A DNA stretch of 64,000 nucleotides from Bacteroidota bacterium (GTDB lineage Bacteria; Bacteroidota; Bacteroidia; AKYH767-A; 2013-40CM-41-45), in the NCBI GenBank assembly GCA_003389385.1, contig QQVM01000021.1, positions 73,920-137,919 on the forward strand, in the 5' to 3' direction. Within the stretch, counting starts at the first letter, position 1. The number at the start of each line of letters is the position of its first letter. Made by a program: the position numbers and the translations under genes. Of this stretch, positions 9,250 through 20,250 are shown one piece after another. Below the pieces are notes generated by a model, which was given only the letters and a program-made list of their open reading frames with translations, made no database searches and was not told the DNA's origin.

Positions 9250-11172
9250 ATGAGAAAAGTAATTGGTATTGACTTAGGTACAACCAATTCATGCGTTTCG
9301 GTCATGGAAGGCAATGAACCGGTTGTAATTTCCAATAGCGAAGGTCGCAGAACTACACCTTCGATTGTAGCCTTTCTGGATAATGGGGAAAGGAAAGTAG
9401 GAGATCCTGCCAAGAGACAAGGAATCACGAATCCCAAAAACACAATATATTCCATCAAGCGTTTCATGGGAGAAACTTATGATGGTACTAAAGAAGAAAG
9501 AGAAAGAGTTCCTTATGAAATAGTAAAAGGTGAAGGCAATACTCCGCGAGTGAAAATCGGTGAAAGAATGTATACACCTCAGGAGATATCAGCAATCGTT
9601 CTTCAAAAGATGAAAAAGACTGCAGAAGATTATCTTGGTTATGAAGTCTCCGAAGCGGTAATCACTGTGCCTGCTTACTTTAATGACAGCCAAAGACAAG
9701 CTACAAAGGAAGCGGGCGAAATTGCCGGCCTGAAGGTACTGCGTATCATCAATGAGCCAACAGCAGCTTCATTGGCTTATGGACTTGATAAAAAACATAA
9801 GGACGAAAAGATTGCAGTCTTTGACCTTGGAGGAGGTACTTTCGATATATCAATTCTTGAGTTAGGTGACGGCGTGTTCGAAGTGAAGTCAACAAATGGT
9901 GATACCCATCTTGGCGGAGATGATTTCGACCAGAAAATCATTGAGTGGCTTGCAGATGAATTTAAAAAAGATGAAGGCCTCGATTTGAAGAAAGATCCAA
10001 TGGCGCTGCAGAGATTGAAAGAGGCTGCTGAAAAAGCTAAGATCGAATTGTCCAGTTCAAGCCAGACAGAAATAAATCTGCCTTATATCATGCCCGTCGA
10101 CGGCATCCCAAAACACCTCGTTAGAACTCTTACCAGATCAAAATTCGAGCAGCTTTGTGATGATCTGATTCAGCGCACACTCGAACCATGCAAGAAAGCA
10201 CTTTCCGATGCAGGATTGAAACCTTCGGATATAGATGAGGTGATTCTGGTGGGTGGTTCAACACGAATACCTGCTGTGCAGCAGTTGGTAGAAAAGTTTT
10301 TTGGAAAATCAGCACACAAAGGTGTGAATCCTGATGAGGTTGTCGCGATCGGTGCTGCAATCCAGGGTGCTGTTCTCACAGGTGAAGTAAAAGATGTACT
10401 TCTCCTTGATGTAACGCCTTTGTCTCTTGGTATTGAAACCATGGGTGGAGTGTTCACAAAACTGATTGAATCCAACACTACAATTCCTAGTAAAAAGAGC
10501 GAGGTGTTTTCAACCGCATCGGATAACCAGCCTTCTGTAGAGATACATGTTCTTCAGGGCGAAAGACCAATGGCTAAGGATAATCGCACTATCGGCCGCT
10601 TCCACCTCGATGGTATTCCTCCGGCTCCAAGAGGTGTTCCGCAGATTGAAGTAATTTTTGATATTGATGCAAACGGAATACTGCATGTCACAGCGAAAGA
10701 CAAAGCAACCGGCAAATCGCAGAATATCCGTATTGAGGCTTCTTCAGGATTGAATGAAGAGGAAATCAAAAAAATGAAAGCAGAAGCGGAAGCAAATGCA
10801 GAGGCAGATAAAAAGCAAAAAGAAGAAGCTGATAAAATCAATCAGGCTGACTCGCTCATCTTTCAGACCGAGAAGCAGCTCAATGAATATGGAGATAAGT
10901 TGTCTGCTTCTAACAAAGAGGCAATTCAGAAAGCTCTCAGCGAATTGAAGGATGCACATAAAAACCGTGATCTTTCTGCAATCGACACATCGCTCGCTGC
11001 ACTTAATTCAGCCTGGCAAGCGGCTTCCGAAGAAATGTACAAGGCTACTCAGGCTGCTGAGCAGGCTCAACAAAGCCAGGGTCCGGGTGCAGGTTCTGAA
11101 GGCAACCAGTCCAAATCTGACTCTGAAGTCACGGATGTAGACTTTGAAGAGGTTAAGGATGATAAAAAATAA
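9250..11172 (+). CDS. dnaK: molecular chaperone DnaK (Hsp70)
   Basis: [25 protein letters not shown] and the Hsp70 substrate-binding domain with a charged C-terminal tail. Length 640 aa. Confidence 0.97.
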   Translation: MRKVIGIDLGTTNSCVSVMEGNEPVVISNSEGRRTTPSIVAFLDNGERKVGDPAKRQGITNPKNTIYSIKRFMGETYDGTKEERERVPYEIVKGEGNTPRVKIGERMYTPQEISAIVLQKMKKTAEDYLGYEVSEAVITVPAYFNDSQRQATKEAGEIAGLKVLRIINEPTAASLAYGLDKKHKDEKIAVFDLGGGTFDISILELGDGVFEVKSTNGDTHLGGDDFDQKIIEWLADEFKKDEGLDLKKDPMALQRLKEAAEKAKIELSSSSQTEINLPYIMPVDGIPKHLVRTLTRSKFEQLCDDLIQRTLEPCKKALSDAGLKPSDIDEVILVGGSTRIPAVQQLVEKFFGKSAHKGVNPDEVVAIGAAIQGAVLTGEVKDVLLLDVTPLSLGIETMGGVFTKLIESNTTIPSKKSEVFSTASDNQPSVEIHVLQGERPMAKDNRTIGRFHLDGIPPAPRGVPQIEVIFDIDANGILHVTAKDKATGKSQNIRIEASSGLNEEEIKKMKAEAEANAEADKKQKEEADKINQADSLIFQTEKQLNEYGDKLSASNKEAIQKALSELKDAHKNRDLSAIDTSLAALNSAWQAASEEMYKATQAAEQAQQSQGPGAGSEGNQSKSDSEVTDVDFEEVKDDKK

Positions 11173-11183
11173 TCATCTGTTAG

Positions 11184-12611
<1,428 letters not shown>

Positions 12612-12641
12612 TCGGATTCTGACTTGCAATCATTCATAAGC

Positions 12642-12974
12642 CTAAAGAACTCTTCTGGTTTTTTTTGCTGTTTTTCTAGGCTGAAGCTTGCGTGTTTTCG
12701 TTTTCATAATCTTTCTCCGTAATGCCTCTACCGCCTTTAGTATAGAGTCTTCAAAAAGTCCGGATGACGTTTTTACAATGTGATTTTTTCCTTTGACAGA
12801 AAGCTTTATCATGCAGACTACTTTTTCAGTTCTTGACTTGGTTTCAGTGTTCAATATCACATCCGCCCTGATGATATTATCGTTGTATTGTTGGAGTTTA
12901 CCAAGTTTTTCGTTGACAAAAGATTTAAGGGAAGGGCTACCTTTAAATCCTGGTGTTTGAATGATAATATTCAT
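12642..12974 (-). CDS. hpf: ribosome hibernation promoting factor (short HPF/RaiA family)
   Basis: MNIIIQTPGFKGSPSLKSFVNEKLGKL... shows the sigma-54 modulation protein/S30EA fold pattern, with a basic C-terminal tail. Length 110 aa. Confidence 0.7.
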   Translation of the reverse strand: MNIIIQTPGFKGSPSLKSFVNEKLGKLQQYNDNIIRADVILNTETKSRTEKVVCMIKLSVKGKNHIVKTSSGLFEDSILKAVEALRRKIMKTKTRKLQPRKTAKKTRRVL

Positions 12975-13117
12975 AAATGATTTATTTATTCTGATAATTT
13001 AAACTAATTGGTTTGAAAACAACGCAGCAAATTTAAGTCAGACTATGGTTCATGTTAATTTGGTTTAAAAGTTCTTGTTTCTCTAATATACTAAATAGAT
13101 CTCAATATCCCAATTTT

Positions 13118-14092
13118 TCAGGACTTCAGAGGCCTCTTTTTAATCATGCCTCCCTTGGTGTCCTTGATGCTGTTCATGATTACAAATGCATTCGGATCTA
13201 TACTTTCAATTTCCGTGCTGAGTTTTGAGATTTCGAGTCGGGTAATCACTGTATACAGAATATCAATTTCACTGTTTTGTTTTCCGAATCCTCTTTTGCC
13301 TTTGTAAACAGTAAGTCCTCTGCCAAGCTTGACAGATATCATTTCCCTGATTTCCTCTGAATGTGAGGATATAATTGTGATTCCTGTGTACTCTTCTATT
13401 CCTTCAATTACGAAATCGACCGTCCTTGAAGCAGCGAGATAGGTGATCATCGAGTACAAAGCAGTTTCGATTGAAAGCAAATATGCAGCTGCTGTGAAGA
13501 TCAGAATATTGATGATCATGATGATGTCACCTATAGTGGTTTTTAATTTTCTGCTTAGAAAAATTGCCAGTACTTCTGTTCCATCTATCACTGCGCCACC
13601 TCTCACCGAAAGGCCAATTCCTGCCCCCAGAAAAAAGCCTCCGAATACGGCTACAAGCAATTTGTCATGAGTGATCTCCGGAAAATTCATGTATGCGGTT
13701 GCAAGTGCAAGTCCTGATATCGCTGCAACAGTCATCACAGAAAATTGCTTTCCAACAATTCTGTATCCAAAAAATATAAAAGGGAGATTAACAAGTAAAA
13801 GTAAAACTGGTAATGGCACATTTGTAACTCCTGCAATAAGAAGCGAAATGCCTGTAGCACCTCCGTCAATAAAAGAATTAGGTAAGAGAAATCCTTTCAA
13901 CCCGAATGCAGCAGAGGTAATTCCCAGCGCGATCAGTACAATATCCTTGAATGTGTTAACAAGGTTTTTTCTAAGTTGTATGTATCCTTTTGCTAGCTCG
14001 TAAGATGAGTACCCGTCCTCATCCTCGCCTGAATGACGGGAAGTTTTTTTTAAAATTGATTTAATAACCAGTTTCGTCCAAAATCGGTTCAT
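13118..14092 (-). CDS. YitT-family membrane protein (DUF161 + DUF2179)
   Basis: Multi-pass membrane N-domain (GFLLPNSFIDGGATGISLL) and a C-terminal soluble DUF2179-like domain. Confidence 0.65.
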   Translation of the reverse strand: MNRFWTKLVIKSILKKTSRHSGEDEDGYSSYELAKGYIQLRKNLVNTFKDIVLIALGITSAAFGLKGFLLPNSFIDGGATGISLLIAGVTNVPLPVLLLLVNLPFIFFGYRIVGKQFSVMTVAAISGLALATAYMNFPEITHDKLLVAVFGGFFLGAGIGLSVRGGAVIDGTEVLAIFLSRKLKTTIGDIIMIINILIFTAAAYLLSIETALYSMITYLAASRTVDFVIEGIEEYTGITIISSHSEEIREMISVKLGRGLTVYKGKRGFGKQNSEIDILYTVITRLEISKLSTEIESIDPNAFVIMNSIKDTKGGMIKKRPLKS

Positions 14093-14399
14093 CAGCTTTA
14101 CATCTTTATTAGCTCTGGCAAAATAATAATTTAACTATGCCTGTGTTTGATGAGTTGATTTGGTGTATTAACATGTCATATTAAGATTGAACAAGTGATT
14201 GTAATCAGTCTGGACATGCCCAGTATTATAAGATTCATTCAGTTAAATACCAATTTGTTTGTAAATTGATTGAAAAACAAATATTTGTATGTTTTCCTGT
14301 ACATGGCTTTTTCAAATTCATATTCGTATTTAGTGCTCCAAATTTTTATCATATGATTGTAAATTCAGTCTAAAAAACTTGATTTGTACTTAAAATTCT

Positions 14400-14407
14400 T
14401 ACTTTTG
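14400..14407 (+). promoter_or_regulatory. candidate Bacteroidota -7 promoter element TAnnTTTG
   Basis: TACTTTTG lies 25 nt upstream of the ATG at 14433. TTG triplets occur 15-20 nt further upstream. It is embedded in a 340-bp AT-rich leader. Confidence 0.3.
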
Positions 14408-14432
14408 CTTCTCATTAAAAACCAAACTAGGC

Positions 14433-16244
14433 ATGAAAAAAATTTTACTTATTGTTTCTTTATTTCTGGTTAGTCTCGGAGTAAGTGCCCAGGGTGTATG
14501 GGTTTCTCAGGCTACCGGATTCACTCCTGTTTCATCTGGTGTGCGTCAAATCTCACCGGTTGATACAAATGTGGTATGGATAGTTTCTTATGATGGATCA
14601 GGTACAGGCAACAACCGGAATGACTATTCCAGGACTGTTGACGGTGGATCCACCTGGGTGGCTGGCAGTGTGCCGGTACCCAATGCAGATTACGACTGGG
14701 CCATGATGCATGCAATTTCCGCTGATACTGCATGGGCTCTGCTTTATTTTGTTGATGCCATGAATAACAGCGGCGGCGGACTTTGGAAAACTGTCGACGG
14801 TGGTGCTACCTGGACTCAGCAAGGTGCCGGCTCCATTTACACAACCAACGTTTCATTTCCGAATATTGTACACTTCTGGGATGCAGATAATGGTGTGTTA
14901 ATCGGAGACCCGACTTCAAATGTATTTGAAATGTATACGACCACAGATGGCGGAACTACCTGGACTGCCGTTCCATCCGGCAACATTCCGGCTCCTCTCA
15001 GTGCTACTGAATATGGAATCGTTGGTCATTACGATGTGAAAGGTGATACAATCTGGTGGGATACTAATGCTGGTCGTGTGCTTCGTTCTGTAGACCGCGG
15101 ATTGAACTGGACAGTTTCCAGCACAGGTATCATTGTTCCTGCTAATGGTGCAATCGATATTGTTTTCCGTGATAACATGAACGGACTTGCAAGACTTTAC
15201 AATTCAACCAACGGAACAAATACGGTTCGTATGACTTCTGATGGTGGTGACACCTGGACAGCTCAGGCTATCACTGGTAACATGTTCGGTTCTGACATCA
15301 AGCATGTGCCTGGCACAAACAGACTGGTCAGTACAGGTGCAGCAACTGGTTTCATCGGTTCTTCATACAGCGATGACGGCGGCATTACATGGGTTGATAT
15401 CGAAACTCAAATGCAAAGAACTGCACTGGGAATTGTTGACTCAGTTACCATGTGGTGCGGTGGTTTCACAAGCAGCCCTACAGCTGGCGGTATCTTCAAA
15501 TGGCAGCCTTTGGTTCCAATTCTGTGCAATGATGCAAATATCACTCCTGGCACATTTACCGGTACACATACACTCCTATGCTTCGGAGATACTGTTCGGT
15601 TCACAAGCACAGGAATGTTCGGTCCCAACTCTGGTACATATTCCGGAGCAGGCTGGATTATTTCTCAGGCTGATCTGACCGGTAACTCAAACCCGCTCAA
15701 TGATCCAAGTGTCATTGCTACTTATGCTTTCCAAACTCCAGCTCCCGCCAATTGGACACTATCTCTTGTCAATGATGGTGCTTTCATTGATGGTGGTATC
15801 CTTCGTCCTTACGGAGTTTATTACTGGACTCCTGTAGTATTCGGAAATGCAACTTCAACAGTTTCTCCTCCGACATTCCTCCACGACCTGACTCTGGATC
15901 CTAGCTGCACTTATACCGGTGCATCTGTTATGGTTGATGTAACCGCTCCCGGAGATCCTCGTTGCGCTACATCCGTATATGATTTGGCAAATGCGTCGTT
16001 CTCTGTTTTAGCTTCTTTACAGGATAACAATAACCTGAAGCTGACCTTCAATGCACTTGCAGGAGGTAAATCAGTTATTGAAATTTTCGACATCACTGGT
16101 AAAAAAGTACTTACCGAAACTGTGAATGTTAATGCAGGCAATAATGTTCACGTATTGAACGTAAACGCGCTCAGCGCCGGAACTTATGTTGTAAAGATGA
16201 ACCTGAATGCAGACTATGCAGTCACAAAGTTCTTCAGAAACTAA
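14433..16244 (+). CDS. secreted BNR/Asp-box repeat protein with T9SS C-terminal sorting domain
   Basis: Signal peptide. Six S-x-D-x-G-x-T-W repeats: VDGGSTW, VDGGATW, TDGGTTW, VDRGLNW, SDGGDTW, DDGGITW. The C-terminal about 80 aa match a type-A T9SS CTD (KSVIEIFDITGKKV...GTYVVKMN). Confidence 0.75.
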   Translation: MKKILLIVSLFLVSLGVSAQGVWVSQATGFTPVSSGVRQISPVDTNVVWIVSYDGSGTGNNRNDYSRTVDGGSTWVAGSVPVPNADYDWAMMHAISADTAWALLYFVDAMNNSGGGLWKTVDGGATWTQQGAGSIYTTNVSFPNIVHFWDADNGVLIGDPTSNVFEMYTTTDGGTTWTAVPSGNIPAPLSATEYGIVGHYDVKGDTIWWDTNAGRVLRSVDRGLNWTVSSTGIIVPANGAIDIVFRDNMNGLARLYNSTNGTNTVRMTSDGGDTWTAQAITGNMFGSDIKHVPGTNRLVSTGAATGFIGSSYSDDGGITWVDIETQMQRTALGIVDSVTMWCGGFTSSPTAGGIFKWQPLVPILCNDANITPGTFTGTHTLLCFGDTVRFTSTGMFGPNSGTYSGAGWIISQADLTGNSNPLNDPSVIATYAFQTPAPANWTLSLVNDGAFIDGGILRPYGVYYWTPVVFGNATSTVSPPTFLHDLTLDPSCTYTGASVMVDVTAPGDPRCATSVYDLANASFSVLASLQDNNNLKLTFNALAGGKSVIEIFDITGKKVLTETVNVNAGNNVHVLNVNALSAGTYVVKMNLNADYAVTKFFRN

Positions 16245-16260
16245 TTTTAACCCTCTTAAT

Positions 16261-16296
16261 AAAAAGCGCCGTTCGATTTTGGACGGCGCTTTTTTT
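16261..16296. terminator. bidirectional rho-independent terminator between convergent genes
   Basis: AAAAA, then stem GCGCCGT (16266..16272) paired with ACGGCGC (16283..16289), then TTTTTTT (16290..16296). Confidence 0.75.
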
Positions 16297-16309
16297 ATAG
16301 CAATATCTT

Positions 16310-17251
16310 TTAGGGCATTGGAACAGGCATTCGCTTGTTTTTTCTGAACTTATAAATTGTGTGTACAAGCACCGTGATAAGTATGATGATTGCTCCGATA
16401 TAAAAGCCTGAACTTAGTATTTTACCTTCTCCTGCAAACAAGACTGCCAGAATGATTCCGTAAACAGGTTCCAGATTGAGTGCAAGTCCAAGTGTATAGG
16501 CAGATACATGTCTCAATGCCTGCAGAGATAATATCCAGGTCAGGACTGTGCATACAAGGGAAAGTATTAACAAGTATATGCTGTCAGAAAGTGTGGGGAC
16601 GAATTGTTCTGTTTCCTGAATCATCATATAAATCGGGAACAGCAATGTGAGAAACAGCCATCCACTGGACAATTCAACCAGACTAATCGTCAAAGGTTCA
16701 TATCGTCCTGCTATCCTTTTATTGAATACAGAGAATAAAGCGCTGAGGAACGCGCTGATTACCCCTACAATTACACCCAGACCTGAACCCGTATCAGCAT
16801 GATAAATGATGAATATCCCACCTGCAGCCGCTACACTGAAAACAATTTCTGTATAATCAAATTTGCTGCGGTTGATTAAGGGTTCAATAACCGAGGAAAA
16901 TAACGCAATAGAAGACAGGCAAATCATCGCTACGCTGATGCTGGAAAGCTTGATAGATCCGTAAAAAGTTAACCAGTGAAGCATAACCAATATGCCGATT
17001 CCTCCGATATGTATCAACTCGCCACGTTTTAACTTTGGCATGCTCCTGCCGACATATAGCATGATGGCTATTACAATACTGCTGATCAGCATCCTGTACC
17101 ATACAATCAAACCTTCATTGAGTTGTATAAGTTTGCCCAGCAGCCCTGTGAATCCCCATAAAAATATAGCCGCATGCATTTTTAAAAATGCAGCTCTTAA
17201 TTGTAACTGATGATTGGAATCTGATGTCATTTGCCTGATGCGAAATAACAA
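16310..17251 (-). CDS. EamA/DMT-family transporter
   Basis: About 10 predicted TM helices in two EamA-like halves. The start is uncertain: Met at 17251, 17230 or 17179. Confidence 0.65.
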   Translation of the reverse strand: MLFRIRQMTSDSNHQLQLRAAFLKMHAAIFLWGFTGLLGKLIQLNEGLIVWYRMLISSIVIAIMLYVGRSMPKLKRGELIHIGGIGILVMLHWLTFYGSIKLSSISVAMICLSSIALFSSVIEPLINRSKFDYTEIVFSVAAAGGIFIIYHADTGSGLGVIVGVISAFLSALFSVFNKRIAGRYEPLTISLVELSSGWLFLTLLFPIYMMIQETEQFVPTLSDSIYLLILSLVCTVLTWILSLQALRHVSAYTLGLALNLEPVYGIILAVLFAGEGKILSSGFYIGAIIILITVLVHTIYKFRKNKRMPVPMP

Positions 17252-17266
17252 AAAATCAAATAGAGA

Positions 17267-17944
17267 TCAGAATGATTTTAATTCATTGTATAATTCAGCC
17301 AAAGGAAGACCTACTACATTAAAAAAGCTCCCCTCAATTTTTTCGATCAGCGGAATCCTTTTCACTTTGCCTGAATACTGAATTGCCTCAAACAGGTTTT
17401 CATTGCCGCTTTCTGCCATGAACTGAAGCTCGGCATCAGAACATGGATTGTAATTATCTGGCAGAGTCTCTTGAGCTCCATATGAACCTGCTTTGTCCAT
17501 TGGTTTAAAATCAGAAATATACTTTTCAATTGCATCCTCATTCAAATTCTGAAATTTCACATCGGACTTAACACTGAAACATTTCATGCCGGAATATGAT
17601 GTGATGCACACTCCTGTAAATACCTGATGAGTTTTACCCGAGAGTATCCTTAGCATTTTTCGACTTTCTTCAAGACCTTCAGGTTTATTCAATACTTGTC
17701 CCAAGATGCAAACTATAGTATCTGCCGTAATTAGAACCTCACGATTGGAAATGAAAGGCCGGATGGCTTTCGCCTTTTCCCTTGCAAGGTATTCTGCAAT
17801 TTCTCCTTCTTTCAGTGAATCAGGCCATTTTTCCTCAATAGGGACTACAACAATTCTGATATCAAGATTGATAGCTTCGAGCAATTGCTTTCTTCTCGGC
17901 GAAGCTGATCCCAGAACCAGTGAATAGTTTTTCAGCTCTTTCAT
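17267..17944 (-). CDS. maf: Maf-like nucleoside triphosphate pyrophosphatase
   Basis: LVLGSASPRRKQLLEAINL at the N-terminus and DKAGSYGAQE near the C-terminus. It is about 30 aa longer than the typical Maf. Confidence 0.7.
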   Translation of the reverse strand: MKELKNYSLVLGSASPRRKQLLEAINLDIRIVVVPIEEKWPDSLKEGEIAEYLAREKAKAIRPFISNREVLITADTIVCILGQVLNKPEGLEESRKMLRILSGKTHQVFTGVCITSYSGMKCFSVKSDVKFQNLNEDAIEKYISDFKPMDKAGSYGAQETLPDNYNPCSDAELQFMAESGNENLFEAIQYSGKVKRIPLIEKIEGSFFNVVGLPLAELYNELKSF

Positions 17945-17993
17945 ATTATTAATTCATGGGATGGCATAGGGAATACATCCATGCATTGAATCT

Positions 17994-18911
17994 TTATGTG
18001 AGAAAATAATAATAAAGAGGAATCATGCTCAAAACCCCTGCAAACATGAGGAACTTAGTATATAAACTGGCATAATAATAGTCTTTCTTTTCGCTTGCGC
18101 TGTATATAAGTGAAAACAATCCGGCGAAAGGAATCAAACACATTCCAAGTAAAAGCCAGAAACTCACAACACTGTTCGTGTAAAAATATTTATGCAAAAC
18201 GTATGTGAGCCCACTTGAGATAAGTAATGTCATTATTAGAAGTACAGCTTTAGTATTTCTGATGCCAATTGTATTTGCCAGACTTTTGCATTGGCCTGCT
18301 GTATCGCCTTCTGTATCCTCGATATCTTTGACAACTTCCCTTAGAAATGTAAGTCCAAAAGCGAAAATTGAATATACGAACAGGATGCCAATATTTCTGT
18401 AAAACTCAGGTTCAAATAAGCCAACCATGAACAAAGCCAGAAATGCAAGTGATGAAATAATCAGGTTACCGCTCAGGAGTTTCTTTTTAAAATAAGTAGC
18501 ATATACATAAAGTGAAAGTGCCGCAAAAATGTGTATTCCTGCCATAGCAGGCTTGCCGCTCACCCAGGCAATGTAAATTCCGGTTATAATGCCTGTGATG
18601 GTCAATATAGAATATAATTTCCTGCAAATAGATATGCTTATTTGATTGCCAGCAACATTCGACCCGGGCTTATTGATTTTGTCTATTTCAATATCCTGAA
18701 TGTCGTTGATTATATACCCGCCAGCAGCAATGAAAACAGTGCTCAGAACCAATAATGCAAAGTTGAATAATGACATGTGCTCTGGCATTTCTCCGGTAAA
18801 ATGCATTTCAGCTTCAAATGCAGGAAGTATTAAAAAAAATCTCACCAGCACTTGGGAAAGCCCAAGCAGAATCAGGTTTGGAATGCGTAATAGTTTGAAA
18901 AGGGCCAGCAT
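17994..18911 (-). CDS. UbiA-family aromatic/isoprenoid prenyltransferase (DGGGP-synthase-like motif)
   Basis: Eight or nine TM helices. The first Asp-rich motif is NDIQDIEIDKINKP, which resembles the NDxxDxEIDxINxP of archaeal-type digeranylgeranylglyceryl phosphate synthases. Confidence 0.7.
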   Translation of the reverse strand: MLALFKLLRIPNLILLGLSQVLVRFFLILPAFEAEMHFTGEMPEHMSLFNFALLVLSTVFIAAGGYIINDIQDIEIDKINKPGSNVAGNQISISICRKLYSILTITGIITGIYIAWVSGKPAMAGIHIFAALSLYVYATYFKKKLLSGNLIISSLAFLALFMVGLFEPEFYRNIGILFVYSIFAFGLTFLREVVKDIEDTEGDTAGQCKSLANTIGIRNTKAVLLIMTLLISSGLTYVLHKYFYTNSVVSFWLLLGMCLIPFAGLFSLIYSASEKKDYYYASLYTKFLMFAGVLSMIPLYYYFLT

Positions 18912-18938
18912 TTATTCCATTATTGTTGATATGATCTG

Positions 18939-19448
18939 TTAACCTGCGTATGGCCATTTGCCCTGACATCGCAAGACCTGCTCTATTATGTCACGGACAC
19001 AACCCGAACCGCCTTTGAATGGAGATATGTACATGCATAATCCTCGAATTTCAGGAGCGGCATCTTCAGGACAACATGGAATTCCGCATATTTTCATCAC
19101 TTCGTAATCAGGTAAATCGTCACCCATGTATATTGTTTCGTCCAGATTAATATTATTAGACAAATTAATCTCATTCAACCTTGCGACTTTATCATTTACT
19201 CCAAGATGCACTTCTGTAATTCCAAGTCCATTTAATCTCTGCCTGACGCTTTCGGATTTTCCCCCGGAGATGATGATAACCCGGAATCCATTTTCAACAG
19301 CGGTTTTTAAAGCGTAGCCATCTCTTATGTTCATGGTCCGGTGGAGTTCTCCATTCATCACAAAAAGATTACCATCAGTAAGAACACCGTCTACATCAAA
19401 AATAAAATTGCGTACAATCTTGAGTTTAGATTTGAAGTTTTCCTGCAT
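18939..19448 (-). CDS. HAD-IIIA (KdsC-family) phosphatase
   Basis: FIFDVDGVLTDG motif I and a GDDLPD motif. Length 169 aa. Confidence 0.75.
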   Translation of the reverse strand: MQENFKSKLKIVRNFIFDVDGVLTDGNLFVMNGELHRTMNIRDGYALKTAVENGFRVIIISGGKSESVRQRLNGLGITEVHLGVNDKVARLNEINLSNNINLDETIYMGDDLPDYEVMKICGIPCCPEDAAPEIRGLCMYISPFKGGSGCVRDIIEQVLRCQGKWPYAG

Positions 19449-19465
19449 ATTGCAATATTAAAAAA

Positions 19466-20239
19466 TTACAGGACTGGTCCGTTTAGATTTTGGATGCTCT
19501 TGCTAAGTAAAGCGTATATTTCCCTGAACTCATCTTGTCCCTTCAGCCATTTCAAATGATTGCTCACAGTTCCCGAGTCCCCTCTGGATGCTGGTCCTGT
19601 TTGAGCTTTTTTGGGTGAGATATGTTTGATTTTTTCCGCAGTCTGGCTAATTAGCGGTTTAAGAATCTCAAAATTAATTTTTCGTGATTTTAGCAGAGTG
19701 TCTGCAATCGTATACATATGATTGCTGAAGTTCGATGCAAAAACAGCTGATATGTGTATGAATTTTCTGTCATCTTCATTAATTTGATAAATCTTTTCAG
19801 ACACAGGACTTATAAGCTTTCTTATTTTATTTAAACTGGTTTTATTTGACCCCTCGATGCAAAAGGGAACATCATTCATTTTTACTTTTTCTGTTTTGGA
19901 AAAAGTCTGAACCGGATATAATACTCCGTAATTCGCGAATTTATTTTCAAATACACCTGCAGATACAGCCCCGGATGTATGCATGATTGTAAATTCTCCT
20001 GATGGAATGAGACGGGCATATTCCTTCACCGAATCATCGCGAACCATCAGGATGATCGCATCTGCATCAGTCCTGATATCATTGAAAGTGCAGCCATGAG
20101 AAGTTCGAAGTTTTTTAGCCAGCGACTTTACCAGCGATTCTGATCTTCCTATCACCTGAAGGATGTCGTGTCCTGATTTTTGTAACGCAGGTCCGAGATG
20201 GTTAGCGACATTTCCGGCTCCTGCTAGTACAACTTTCAT
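19466..20239 (-). CDS. Rossmann-fold NAD(P)-binding protein (DUF2520-like)
   Basis: MKVVLAGAGNVANHLG dinucleotide-binding motif. The ORF opens at 20326 but would then overlap ccmF, so Met 20239 is preferred. Confidence 0.6.
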   Translation of the reverse strand: MKVVLAGAGNVANHLGPALQKSGHDILQVIGRSESLVKSLAKKLRTSHGCTFNDIRTDADAIILMVRDDSVKEYARLIPSGEFTIMHTSGAVSAGVFENKFANYGVLYPVQTFSKTEKVKMNDVPFCIEGSNKTSLNKIRKLISPVSEKIYQINEDDRKFIHISAVFASNFSNHMYTIADTLLKSRKINFEILKPLISQTAEKIKHISPKKAQTGPASRGDSGTVSNHLKWLKGQDEFREIYALLSKSIQNLNGPVL

Positions 20240-20250
20240 GACAATGAATT

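Noticed and set aside
10130-10841. Several 76-102 aa minus-strand ORFs inside dnaK
   Set aside because: They are antisense to a highly conserved Hsp70 coding region. They are typical GC-skew/codon-bias shadow ORFs.
13443-14003. Plus-strand ORFs of 75 and 110 aa antisense to the YitT-family gene
   Set aside because: They lie entirely within a well-supported membrane-protein gene on the opposite strand, and have no motifs.
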